Positions 1 through 12,700 of a stretch of DNA of 64,000 bases are shown here, one piece after another. Both the position numbers and the translations under genes were made by a program. The notes under the pieces were generated by a model. That model searched no databases, was not told where the DNA came from, and saw only the letters and a program-made list of their open reading frames with translations. Position 1 is the stretch's first letter. Every line of letters starts with the position of its first letter. The stretch comes from Camelus ferus (Eukaryota), in contig NC_045696.1 of assembly GCF_009834535.1 (NCBI RefSeq), positions 88,848,001 to 88,912,000 of the forward strand, in the 5' to 3' direction.

Positions 1-59
1 ACTCTTCACAAGACTGAATTTACAGGGGGGAAGTTTGTAACAAACACTTTTAAAATTAA

Positions 60-1115
60 GCAGTCTGATTAAAGGTGGCAGATTGAATACATGCATTTAT
101 CTCTTCTCCTTCTCAAGACTCCACCAAAATGGTGGTAAAGGAATAAAAAGAAAATATGAATCCATAACAAGAGCAGGAGAGTCCATCAACAGAGTTCTGG
201 AAGGTGGAATATAGGTGGAAGATGAATTGGGAACTGATGCAGCAGAATAAAGCAGAGGCTTAGAGTGCTGATGCCCAGGATACCAAGGGAAGAAGCAAGA
301 GGAATGACTGAAAACAGAGAATTGCTCTAAGTCTGAATAAGGAGCAGAAAACACACACACACCTCTGCTGGGTGACCATTCAGAATGAGATGTTATTCCC
401 CAAGCCCCCCCCAAAAAAAACCCAAAACCCTTCTATCTAAAAAATTTGTATGATGTCAGAGAAAAGACCATGTTTTAACAGTTGGGAGTTTCCACATCAT
501 AATGCCTAACTTAGCATTTAATTAACCTGTCACCAACCTGGCAGTTGGTAAACCTTGCTCATGTACATGGATCTCTCAGTGCACAGAGGTTTTCACACTT
601 TATACATAACATGCCTTCAATATGATGAGAGAAGGACCAAGGTAAAAATAAGAAGGCTTTAAGAAAGTTTTAACAGAGGTAATGCAGGGAACAGAAGAAA
701 ATTTTCAGCAAGGTCTAATTAATATTTCCAGAGAGCTGAATATATTGCATCCACAAAATGAGAAATGAATGCTATTTAAAAGGCCACTCAAAAAATAAAA
801 ACGTAACTCTTGAAAATTAAAAATACAGTTTCCAAAATTTAAAAAGATCAATAATAGGTTGGAAGAAAACCTTTCAAAAGTAGAAGGTAGAAAGTATGAA
901 AGAAAAGATGAGATGTAGAAAATCAGCCCAGAAGTTTCAACATCTGACTTGTAGAACTTTATTCTAGAGAGAATGGAAAATATGTAAAGAGGAAATTATC
1001 AAAGAAACAATATAATGCTATTTTCCAAAGCTAAAGAATAAACTCTCCAGACTGAAAGCCTTCCCCAAAATGTTTAGCAACTTGAATTTTAAAAGAGCTA
1101 TACTAAGGCATGTAA
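60..1115 (+). mobile_element. Ancient, highly degraded L1/HAL1-like 5' region and ORF1 relic
   Basis: A-rich degenerate sequence resembling old L1ME/HAL1 ORF1 (e.g. ggaaattatcaaagaaacaata, ctccagactgaaag); no open frame; boundaries approximate. Confidence 0.5.
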
Positions 1116-1493
1116 TATACATGTTTATTTTATTATTTTTTTTAAAATTAAGTAGACTATTCTGGATGTAGGAAGTACAGTTATGAAGAAATTAGGTAAA
1201 CCTTTAAAAACATTAAATTCTTAACCAACTCATCTTGTTTCGTCTCAGAAATAAGAGATAACATTTTCATTCATTTCTTTATCCATTTATTCAACAAATA
1301 TATAATATATATATCTTTTATATATATATATAAAGAGAGAGATTACCTACTGTGTGAACCACCATGTGCTAGATTCCAGGGAGAACACAAAGATAAGTTA
1401 GACCTGCCCTTAGGTGGCTTTCATTGGGGAAAAGGTAAAAGATAAATGAACAAACAAAAATAATAATACAAAGTTTTAAAAAATGTAAATGCT

Positions 1494-1639
1494 GGGCGTA
1501 GGTTATAGCTCAGTGGTAAAGCACATGCTTAGCATGCACAGGGTCCTGGATTCAGTCCCCAGTACCTCCATCAAATAAATAAAAACCTAATTACCTCCCC
1601 TGCCCAAAAAAACCAAACCCCCAAAATAAAAATTTTTTT
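1494..1639 (+). mobile_element. tRNA-Ala(AGC)-derived SINE (camelid Vic-1-like), long form
   Basis: A box tagctcagtgg, anticodon arm gcttagcatgc, B box-like ggattcagtcccc, tail cctaattacctcccc; 13-bp TSD aaatgtaaatgct at 1481-1493 and 1640-1652. Confidence 0.9.
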
Positions 1640-1899
1640 AAATGTAAATGCTATAAGAAGAGAATAGCTAACATATTCTGGGAGTCAAAGATTATTTCAG
1701 GATGGAGGGCATCAAGGAAATCACCCTAGAGAAGGTTAAACATCAAACCAGGCCTTGTAGAGATGTGGTAGGGGAAGGATATTTATTAAAGAGATGGTCT
1801 GTGTGAGCAGGGTTTCAGAAATGGGAACACATAGGATATATATGGAAAAACAACAGGAATGCAAGTATGCACATGAATTTTTTTTCCCACAACCTGTTC

Positions 1900-2302
1900 A
1901 GCTATCATGAAAAAACCATCAGACAAATCTAGACTGTAGGACGTGTTACAAGACAACAGACCCAGACTTTTCAAAATATGTCCATGTCTTGAAAGAAGAA
2001 AGAAAAAAGGAGCACAAGAATGATCTAAATTAAGATATACTTAAAAAAAATAAATTAAGATACACTTAAGATACATGACCCCTAAATGCATTGTGTGGTC
2101 TTTAGATTCCTTCACCAAAAAATTATTATTAACATTGGGAACATTTCACTATGAACTATATATTAGATGGTGTTACTTATCAATGTTAAATTTCTTGAGT
2201 GCAATGATGGTATTGTGATTATGTAAGAGGATGTCCTTGTTCTAAAGAGATACATGCTAAAGTACTTAGGGGTGATACCAGCAAGCTAATTTCAACTGGT
2301 TC

Positions 2303-2348
<46 letters not shown>

Positions 2349-2470
2349 GCAGAAAAATGGCAAAAGTCAACAATTGGTAGATTTAGGTGAAGGGTATTGG
2401 GTGTTCATTGTACTATTTTTGAACTCTCCTGTAGGTTTAAAAATTTTCAAAATAGCATGTAGAAAAAAAT
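1900..2470 (+). mobile_element. Old L1 3' end (L1MC/L1ME-like)
   Basis: Typical old L1 3'UTR motifs (tcaatgttaaatttcttga, gatacatgctaaagta, gttcattgtactatt). Confidence 0.7.
2308..2344. repeat. (CA)n microsatellite
   Basis: Perfect CA dinucleotide run seen directly. Confidence 0.95.
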
Positions 2471-4660
2471 ACATAATTGTAATAAGCTAATCAAATTCAG
2501 CTGCAGGCTGCAGTAATGTAGAGAAATAATTCAGCTTACACATGTGGTAAGACTGTACTTCCCAAGATGAATTTAGGCACTCTGCACTACTGTGTGAGCT
2601 CTTCTCCACCTCCATAGTCTCAGTAAATTAAATTTTAAAAGAAAAGGTTTAACACTATTTCATATTAAATTTGATGATATATTCTTTATAAGATCCACTG
2701 TCAGTACTGGGATAGTACTTTAATTTGTTTTGCCTATAATGAGGATAATCACACATATATACCTTCACTCTGTTTCTCATTTGAGCAATCGTACCTTGTT
2801 TTCAGGATAGCTAACCAGGTGAGGGTTTAAATTCTGGATGAGTATTATATCCAAATGAAATTATGACTCTTCTATGAAAGAGAGTAATTTCTTTCTCAAA
2901 GTTAATTTTCATGAAAAATTCTACAAATGTTTCAACATCCTTTCCTGTTGTCTTAGAGCATTTATAGATTCATTTGTCCCAGCCAAACCTGAGGAAAGGG
3001 CAAGGTGTTTGTTTTCTGTAAATCATTCTGAGATTATGCAAATAAAGGCAGGATTATGAGAGAGTTGCTGGCAGGCTCTGTGGTGTCACAGGAAATTTGT
3101 TTTAAAATACAAGGATGAAAGAAACTTTCTTTTTTTAAACTTCTTACCATGTAGGTGAGCAGCACAAAGCCCTAACTTAGAAACTCAACCATGTACTGAC
3201 CAAGGGAAGATATAGAAACTTATCTCTTGAGGGAAAGTGGCAATTTATTTCATTATCTTTATTTTTTACAGATAAAGAATCAGGATGTGGTTGTGTGACT
3301 TGCTTAGGTTATGCAGACTTGGGACATCCTTGCTTTTCCTACAATAACTTTTTTATTGGTCTTTTTAAAAATAACTTTTAGAAAATGGAAGTTTAATATA
3401 CATATAGAAAAATGAAAAAATCATAAATGTACAGCTCAATGAGTTACAAATTGAAAACACCTGTGTAACTACCAGTGAAACCAGGCTTAATTTTTAATTT
3501 TCCATTTTGGTTGCAAGTAAAAATTTCAGACCTCAAGCATTTCTACACTCAGTTGTCAGAAATATACTCTGTTCCTGAACATGTAATGAGAAAAACAGGT
3601 GTTCATTATCCTAGTTGAGATTCTTTGATGCTGTGAAAAATGATATTCCAACCCATGAAACTTCTCCAGGACAGAAGTAGCACTTTTATTCATATCATCA
3701 AAGATAGAGAGCTTTTCTCTCACATGGATGGACCACTGGGTCTGGATTCAAATCTAGCCTCTGGCACTTACTAAGTGCTGAATGGTGATAAAAACAGGGA
3801 TGTTCTGATAATTTATTATACTACATATAATAAATGTGAAAACATATCACAGAACCTAGCACATGATTGATATGAATTTTCTTCCTCTCCTCTCACAAGT
3901 TTTGTATATTAGCTAACATTGAAAAATACCTGCAATTCTTCCTTATCATGATAATCATTTCATGATGTCAAATCATTATGCTGTAACTCTTAAACTTATA
4001 CAGTGCTGCATGTGAATTATATCTCAATAAAAGTGGAAGGAAAAAAATGCCCACAACTCAACCTTTTCCAGACAAGGAACAAGTTGGTGATTACCACCAG
4101 AGTACTGTATTCCCTTGGCAGAATAAAGCACTGTGTGCTGAACCCCTTCCCCAGCACCCCAACATTGTTATGCCCCCCTCCCAAATAAGATTAAAATGAA
4201 CAATGGGGCAATACAGTACAATTAAAATGAACAGAGGTATGATCTGACGGCTACATCTGCAACCTGGTAGGGGCAGTCACTCCTTTGCCTTGGTGAAGAA
4301 GGGCATTTATATAAGGACAAATGACTCAGATATTTTTGGCCCCAGCTGCATGTGAAGCTCTCAGTATCCTCTGAAGTGTCTGCCCAGCCAGGAGCAAAGG
4401 GAGCCCAAAAAACTGGGCTGTGTAACCTGACCACCATGAACCTAACTGGTTCCCTTATCACGTCAATGATCCCAGTGATAGTTTTGCATAGGTCTGCATC
4501 CTTTTAAAAATTATTCTTTATTGCTGCTCATTTCTAACTCACAATAAATCTGTGACTAATTAATCTATACTTTAAGAAGTAACTGAGGGTTGAACCACTT
4601 TTAAAAGCATTTTAAAATACTCTGCACACATTTAAAAATATTTTATTATAAAAACAGTAT

Positions 4661-4805
4661 GGGGGGGAGAGTATAGCTCAAGTGGTAGAGTGCATGTTTA
4701 GCATACACAAGGTCCTGGGTTCAATCCCCAGTACCTCCTCTAAAAATAAATAAATAAGTAACCCTAACTACCTCCTCCTCTAAAAAACAAATTAAATTTT
4801 TTAAA
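4661..4805 (+). mobile_element. tRNA-Ala-derived SINE, long form
   Basis: gtatagctcaagtggtagag...ggttcaatccccagtacctcc head, aaataaata linker, cctaactacctcc tail. Confidence 0.9.
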
Positions 4806-5005
4806 ATAATGTTTTTAAATATTAAAAATTTTAATCACCTGAAACATTAAAAAAAATCTAATGTGATTATGAATTTCACTTTTGTCTACTTTCTTTTTGT
4901 ACATACAAAATTTTGGCACTATTCATCAAGCTTGTGTTGAGCACATAGTATATCTGGATTTAATGCAAGACAGTGGTGATATGGATGCAATCAAAATAGT
5001 CTCCA

Positions 5006-5188
5006 ATAGATAAGCAAGATTATACTGTATAGCACAGGGAAATATATACAAGATCTTATGATAGCTCACAGAGAAAAAAATGTGACAATGAATATATATA
5101 TGTTCATGTATAACAAAAATTGTGCTCTACACTGGAATTTGACACAACATTGTAAAATGATTATAAATCAATAAAAAATGTAAAAAAA
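5006..5188 (+). mobile_element. Short 5'-truncated young L1 3' end
   Basis: Closely matches the 3' end of the full-length L1 (about 13655-13830); TSD agtctcca at 4998-5005 and 5189-5196. Confidence 0.9.
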
Positions 5189-6720
5189 AGTCTCCATTTT
5201 CAAGGAACTAGTAGTCTAATGAAGGAGACAGACACTAACATGACATGAATATTGTTACAAATAAGGTAATAGAACTTTAAGGAAGCACAGAAGTCACCAA
5301 AAAGAAGAATGAAATAGCACGTAGTGTCCAGGGACTGGAAGCAGTTCCATGGAGTTGAGAAGCGTGAGGGCAACAGAGTCTGAGGAGAGGGGGTCCAGCA
5401 AGCATGGTTCCTGCATGGGGTGCCCACATCACTTATTGTCCACACTTGGACAGTTTTAAATGTGGAGGGGATTCCAGTAATAAGTATGCCAGAAAACAAG
5501 TGTGAACAGGACTTTCCTGGAAAAAACTAGACTCTCTGGTCACCCTAATATAAGTCCTGTGAGACTTGCTGGCTTCATGCGAGGACACTAGAGCTAGTTT
5601 CAGGATGAAAGATCAGAGTGCTAGGTCTGCATAGCTACTTAAATATGTCCACTGTCACTCTCCTTTCTAGTCTCTCTAGAGCATAAACTAAGAAATCAAA
5701 GTTGTAAGAGGACATGATGGGACAATAACACCTACTTGATATAGTTGTTATGACTTCATGCTGCCTTCAAGGAGAATGGGCAGGCATGGGGCTGGGTAGT
5801 TAGAGTTAAGTTCGTCTTATTTCTCTCTTTTCACCCTCCTACCTCTCCTCCTCTCCTTTTTCCTTTCCTTTTTCAACTCACTTCTTTCCCTCTTTTTCTT
5901 TTCTATCTGGTTAGGTTAGGTCACGTCAGTGAAATGCTGGATTATTGACCAGGAACACTTACTAGTAATTTTTAAAAGTATTGAACTATTATTATATATT
6001 ACAGCCTAGGTACACAAGTTTCTTACTTCAGCCTAGGAAAACAAGTTTCTCACTGACAAACTGGATTTTGTTTATGTTATAATTTTGTATAACCTGAGAC
6101 AGAAGTAGATCATTTCTTAAGAGCAATCAAGTTCCCTTCCCACTCAACCCTTATAGTCCCCTTTCTAGCTCCAAGCCAGAAAAGTTGTGGAGGGAAATCA
6201 TGTCAACATTTTCCTGGTTGTTTGCAGCAATTAACTGTAAAATAAGTTAAAAAAAAATTCTGCCCAAATTTGTGACATGGTTTAAAGGCATCAAGATGTA
6301 AGTTGAGATTTGAGTTTAAACGTTTCATTTTAAAATAAAGTGTTCCTTAATATGGTCATAATGGAAAAGTTCATCTGCCATTTTTAATATATTCTAATTA
6401 AATTTGTTGGAAGTATGTCAGTAAACAGTTATATGAGTGAAAGCTGGAACTCATATAAACAACAAACTTTATTATTCCTTTATTCTTTTCTTTTCTTGCT
6501 TATCTTTAAAAAATTCCTTCTTATGATAAGCATGAAAGTAAAAATGATGACTATAAAAAGAAATTACTAAATATAATTCAGTTCTCACATCCATAAAAAA
6601 TGACAATATAAGACCATGCTAAATACTTGTGTAAATAATTATCCAGGTACTAAAATAACCAGATGACAGTTTTTGATAAGAAATTCCAAAGGGAAATTTT
6701 GAGTAAACAGAAATAAAAGG

Positions 6721-8406
6721 GAGAGAGACGGAGAAGATGGCAGAGTAGAAGGACGCTCGCAGGTCACCCTCTCCCACAAATACACCAAGACCCACATCTA
6801 CAGACCCACTCAGCCAACCAGAGCACCTGTGGAACTCCGACAGAACATCGCACTCCTCAAAAGATAAAGACGCCAAAAATCTGGTAGGAGAAAAGGAAAA
6901 AAGAAAGAACAAAAGGCAAAGCAACGCGGGACGCAGGATGGGTCCCGCGGGGAGGGAGCAGCAAAGGAGGACTGGCGCTCGCTCGCTGGGTCTCCTCTCT
7001 CCAACTGAGAGGCCAGCGGGACGGAGGGGGAGCCTCCGAGGCTCGGATCTGTACAGAGCAGCCCTTGACTGACAGAACTAAGTTAAATGGGCACAGAGCG
7101 TCCCCCCGACACCCAGCCTGAGACGCGGGCAGGCAGCGGCTGGCAGGGCGAGGCTGCATAAGCCGGGCGGAGGACAGAAGTGGCTGCATGGAGGCAGCCC
7201 CGGGGGAACGCAAGGGGCTGCGCGCCGTGGCTGTGGGTGCACAGGGCAGAACAACCTGGGCCCTCCATAAAACAGCAAGGTTGATGTGCTCTCGGGGGAA
7301 GGGTGCACACCCCCATCTCTGAAAACCCACGGAAACTTTTCAGGGGAAGAGAGGCGGCGCCATATCCTCCGCGCTTAGCACCAAGGCGGGGGCGGGGGCG
7401 GGGGCGGGGGCGAAACCTGCATCCTGCACCGAAGGGCTTAGCAGCCCCAAAGGCCAGACTGAGACTGGCCTGCAACCCGGGGCAGATAGGATCCTTCCAT
7501 CCTGGTCCCTCAGAGAACTTGCTCCACAAAGACAAACAAGGAGCTGGGTTTTGGCTCAGAGCGGGGACAAGGCTGTCCCTCGGTCTTCCCTGAGCCCACC
7601 TGCGGAGCGCCGACCAGGGTGGAGCGCGCAGCCGCACAGAGAGCGGAACTACCAGCGGAACTACCAGCGGCGCAGGTAGAAGGAGAGTGGCCCCCCCCCG
7701 CCTTTCGGGCAGGAACACAGCCCCTGACCGAGGTGCTGGGAGGGGGCACGACCCGCCCTCCTACCCGGCCAGTCTGCAACATCTGACCGCGGCATCCGGA
7801 GGGGCAGTGACCCGCCCGCCCACAGCAGAGGAGAGCTGCGCCTGACCCAGTGTTAGGAGGAGGCGCGATCTGCGCCTGGGAGTGCACAGAAGAGGGCGCC
7901 AACGGAGGGCCTCTGAAAACAGCAAGCTGAGCTTCCAAAACAGGACGAAGACAGAAAGACTTCACAGTAAAAGCACACAGACTCCAGGAGAACACTGACA
8001 ACCCCCCCCCCTTTTTTTTAAATCTGTTTTTACCTGTTCTATTTTCTATAACTCTCTCAATTTTTACTTCTTAATTCATTTCTATTTCTCTTGGGTTTTG
8101 ATGTCCTGCTATTGATTAGACACAGGTTTCAAATACATCTATTCATCTCCCCCCCCCTTTTTTTTGTAAAGGTTTTAAAAGGACGTCTCAACCCGATTAA
8201 TACTCTGCTTCAACTCACTCTTCTATTATTCATTATACACTGTTTTCAAACCCTCTTTCTCCCTTCTTTTAAAATTCTTTCTCTCTCTCTCTCTCTCTTT
8301 TTTCTTTTTTTCCTAAGTTCTATTCCTAAATAGGCATCAGATAGATAAAATCCTTAAGGACCAAAATAAACAACTGATACTCCATAAACCACAGTGCCAA
8401 AGAGGT
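6721..8406 (+). promoter_or_regulatory. L1 5'UTR internal Pol II promoter / CpG island
   Basis: YY1-type motif aagatggc at 6734-6741 near the 5' end; CpG-dense from about 6920 to 7910; (GGGGGC)4 at 7388-7411; pyrimidine-rich 3' part. Confidence 0.8.
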
Positions 8407-9308
8407 ATGAGCAAGATGAAGAAGCAGAAAAACCTTTCCCAATTAAAAGAACAAGAGAAATCCCCTGAAAGAAAGTCAACGAAATAGACATCGATAGCCT
8501 ACTAGATCAAGATTTCAAAAAAGGAGTGATCGAATTGCTGAAGGAATTAAAAGAGATAGTGTTTAGAGATATAAAATATATCAAAAATGAAATTGAAGCT
8601 ATAAAGAAGAGCCAAGTAGAATGGGTAAACTCATTGACAGAGATGAGGAATGATCTAATAGCTGTGCAAAGCCGACTAGATAATGCAGAGGAACGAATTA
8701 GTGATCTAGAAGACAGGGCAATTGAAAGCACCCATTCAGAAGAACTACAAGAGAAGCAAATAAAAAATAATGAAAATAGCATAAGGGACCTATGGGATAA
8801 TATAAAGCATCCCAATCTTCGCATAATAGGGGTCCCAGAAGGAGAAGAAAGATCAAAGGGGATTGAAAAGGTTTTTGAAGAAATCATGACTGAAAACTTC
8901 CCAAACTTAAAGAAGGAATCAGATATCCAAGTACAGGAAGCTCAGAGGGTCCCAAACAGGAAGAACCCAAATAGATCCACACCAAGACATATCATAATCA
9001 AGATGGCCAGAGTCAAGGATAAAGAAATGATTCTAAAGGCAGCAAGAGAAAAGCAAAGAGTAAGTTACAAGGGAACCCCCATAAGGCTCTCAGCTGATTT
9101 CGCTACACAAACACTACAGGCCAGAAGGGAGTGGCAAGATATATTCAAAGCCCTGAATGAAAAAAAGATGCAGCCTAGGATCCTTTATCCAGCAAGGCTA
9201 TCCTTGAGGATAGAAGGAGAAATAAAGAGTTTCACAGACAAAAAAAAGCTGCAGGAGTTTAGCAACACTAAACCCATGCTAAAAGAAATATTGAAAGGGC
9301 TATTCTAA
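8407..9308 (+). pseudogene. L1 ORF1p (~300 aa if restored), one 1-nt frameshift near 8472
   Basis: ATG 8407 gives MSKMKKQKNLSQLKEQEKSPER; the frame then shifts into the 8526-9308 ORF with a coiled coil, NLRIIGVPEGEE, TPRHIIIK, ARREW and YPARLS. Confidence 0.9.
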
Positions 9309-9711
9309 ATAGAAAAGCAGCAGGATGCTACAGAAATGAGAAACACACAACTGGAAAGGTGATAACTCATGAATTACAAATAAAGTAAACATGAAATTAT
9401 AAAAGAAGACATACAAATCACTGAGAGTGGGAGAGGGAGGCAGGGAAATATAGAATATTTTTTTCTTTCTTTTAAAATTTTTTTAACAGTAGGATGGGTT
9501 TGAGATCATGTTACTATCAGTTTAATAAAAACAGTTATAGTAATGGGTTGATAGATTTACAAAAAAGGGTAACCACAAGCCAAAAATTTACAAAGGAGTC
9601 ACAAAAATTAAATAAAATCCATGATAATACAAAGGAAAATTACCAAACCACAAAAGGAAGAAGAAAGGAACAAAGAGGATATACCAATTCAACTGCAAAG
9701 ATAAGTTCAAA

Positions 9712-12700
9712 ATGGCAATAAACACACACCTATCATTAATTACTGTAAATGTTAATGGACTAAGTGCTCCAGTCAAAAGACACAGAGTGGCAGACTGGAT
9801 AATAAAGCAAGAACCTTCAATATGCTGCATACAAGAGACCCACTTTAGGGAGAAGGACACATATAGATTGAGAGTGAAAGGATGGAAAAGGATATTCCAT
9901 GCAAATGGAAAAGCCAAAAAAGCAGGTGTTGCAGTACTGATTTCAGACAAAATAGACTTTAAAACAAAGGCCATAAAGAAAGATAAAGAAGGACATTTTA
10001 TAATGATTAAAGGAGTGATACAAGATGAGGGTATTACACTCGTTAATATATATGCACCCAATATAGGAGCACCAAAGTACATACAAGAATTACTAACAGA
10101 GATAAAGGGGGATATTGATGGGAATACAATCATAGTTGGAGATTTTAACACTGCATTAACATCACTAGACAGATCTTCCAGACAGAAAATAAACAAGGCA
10201 ACAGAGAAATTAAATACTACAATAGAAAAACTAGATTTGGTGGATATTTTCAGAGCATTACACCCCCCAAAAATAGGATATACATTCTTTTCAAGTGCAC
10301 ATGGAACATTTTCCAGGATCGATCATGTACTTGGGCACAAAAGAAACCTCAACAATCTTAAGAAGATAGAAATTATCTCAAGCATCTTTACTGACCACAA
10401 TGCTATGAAATTGGAAATCAACAACAGAGAAACAAAGGAGAAAAAAAGGAAAGCATGGAGATTAAACAATATGTTATTGAAAAAACAATGGATCAATGAG
10501 GAAATCAAAGCTGAAATTAAAAAATACCTTGAGACAAATGATAATGAAAGCACAACCACTCAAAACCTATGGGACACAGCAAAGGCAGTGCTAAGAGGGA
10601 AGTTTATAGCGATACAGGCCTTCCTCAAAAAAGAAGAACAATCTCAAATAAACAATTTAACCCACCACCTGAATGAATTAGAAAAAGAAGAACAAAAAGC
10701 CCCAAAAAGCAGCAGAAGGAAGGAAATAATAAAGATCAGAGAGGAATTAAATACAATAGAGATTAACAAGACCATAGAAAAAATCAACCAAACCGAAAGC
10801 TGGTTTTTTGAAAAGGTAAATAAAATCGACAAACCTCTGGCCAAACTCACAAAGAAGAAAAAAGAGAGAGCACAAATTAGCAAAATAAGAAAGGAAAATG
10901 GAGAAATTACAACAAACAAAATAGAAATACAGAATATCATACGAGAATATTATGAAAAACTATATGGAACCAAACTGGATAACCTAGAGGAGATGGACAA
11001 GTTTCTGGAAACATACTGTCCACCAAAACTGAATCAAGAAGAATCTGAACACTTGAACAATCCGATCACTAGAAAGGAAATAGAAATAGCAATTAAAAAC
11101 CTCCCTACAAATAAAAGTCCAGGACCGGACGGCTTCACCGGGGAATTCTACCAAACATACAAAGAAGAACTCCTACCAGTCCTTCTCAAACTCTTCCAGA
11201 CGATTGAAAAGGAGGGAATACTCCCAAACTCATTCTATGAAGCCACCATCACCCTGATACCAAAACCAGGCAAAGACACTACAAAAAAAGAGAATTATAG
11301 GCCAATATCACTGATGAACATAGACGCCAAAATCCTCACCAAAATTTTAGCAAATAGAATCCAACAACACATAAAAAAGATTATACATCATGACCAAGTG
11401 GGGTTCATCCCAGGGACACAAGGCTGGTTCAACATACGCAAATCAATCAGTGTAATACATCACATCAACAAGAGAAAGGACAAAAACCACATGATCATCT
11501 CAATCGATGCAGAAAAAAACATTTGATAAAATTCAACACCCATTTATGATAAAAACTCTCGCCAAAGTGGGTATAGAGGGAACATATCTCAACATAATAA
11601 AAGCTATATATGACAAACCTACAGCCAGCATAGTACTCAACGGTGAAAAACTCAAAAGCTTCCCACTAAAATCTGGGACAACACAAGGATGCCCACTATC
11701 ACCACTCCTATTCAACATAGTCCTGGAAGTCCTAGCCACAGCAGTCAGGCAAGAGAAAGAAATAAAAGGGATCCAAATTGGAAAAGAAGAGGTAAAAGTG
11801 TCATTATATGCTGATGACATGTTACCATATATAGAAAACCCTAAAAGGTGCACACAAAAGCTACTAGAGCTGATGGAAGAATTCAGCAAGGTAGCAGGTT
11901 ACAAAATTAACGTTCAAAAATCAGTTGCATTTCTTTACACTAACGATAAATCAACAGAAGAAGAAAGTAAAGAAACAATCCCCTTTAAAATAGCACCCAA
12001 AGTAATAAAATATCTGGGTATAAATCTAACCAAGGAGGTGAAAGAATTATACACAGAAAACTATAAACCACTGATGAAGGAAATTAAAGAAGACTTTAAA
12101 AAATGGAAAGATATTCCATGCTCTTGGATTGGAAGAATCAATATTGTTAAAATGGTCACACTGCCCAACGCAATCTACAGATTTAATGCAATCCCTATCC
12201 AATTACCCAGGACATATTTCACAGAACTAGAAAAAATCATAATAAAATTCATATGGAACCATCTAAGACCTAGAATTGCCAAAGCATTACTGAAGAGAAA
12301 GAAAGAGGCTGGAGGAATAACTCTCCCAGACTTCAGACAATACTATAGAGCTACAGTCATCAAGACAGCATGGTATTGGTACCAAAACAGACATATAGAC
12401 CAATGGAACAGAATAGAGAGCCCAGAAATGAACCCACAAACTTTTGGTCAACTCATCTTTGACAAAGGAGGCAAGAATATACATTGGAATAAAGACAGTC
12501 TCTTCAGCAAAAGGTGTTGGGAAAACTGGACAGCAGCATGTAAAACAATGAAGCTAGAACACTCCCTTACACCATATACAAAAATCAACTCAAAATGGAT
12601 TAAAGACTTAAACATAAGACAAGATACAATAAACCTCCTAGAGGAAAACATAGGCAAAACATTATCTGACATACATTTAAAAAATTTTCTCCTAGAAGAA

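Noticed and set aside
1494..1570. tRNA-Ala(AGC) genes at the SINE heads
   Set aside because: They have TSDs, A-rich tails and broken acceptor stems, so they are SINE copies rather than functional tRNAs.
6619..8001. Overlapping 64-211 aa ORFs, mostly antisense, in the L1 5'UTR (ORF0-like?)
   Set aside because: Expected in GC-rich, stop-poor sequence; several use non-ATG starts; no recognisable domain.
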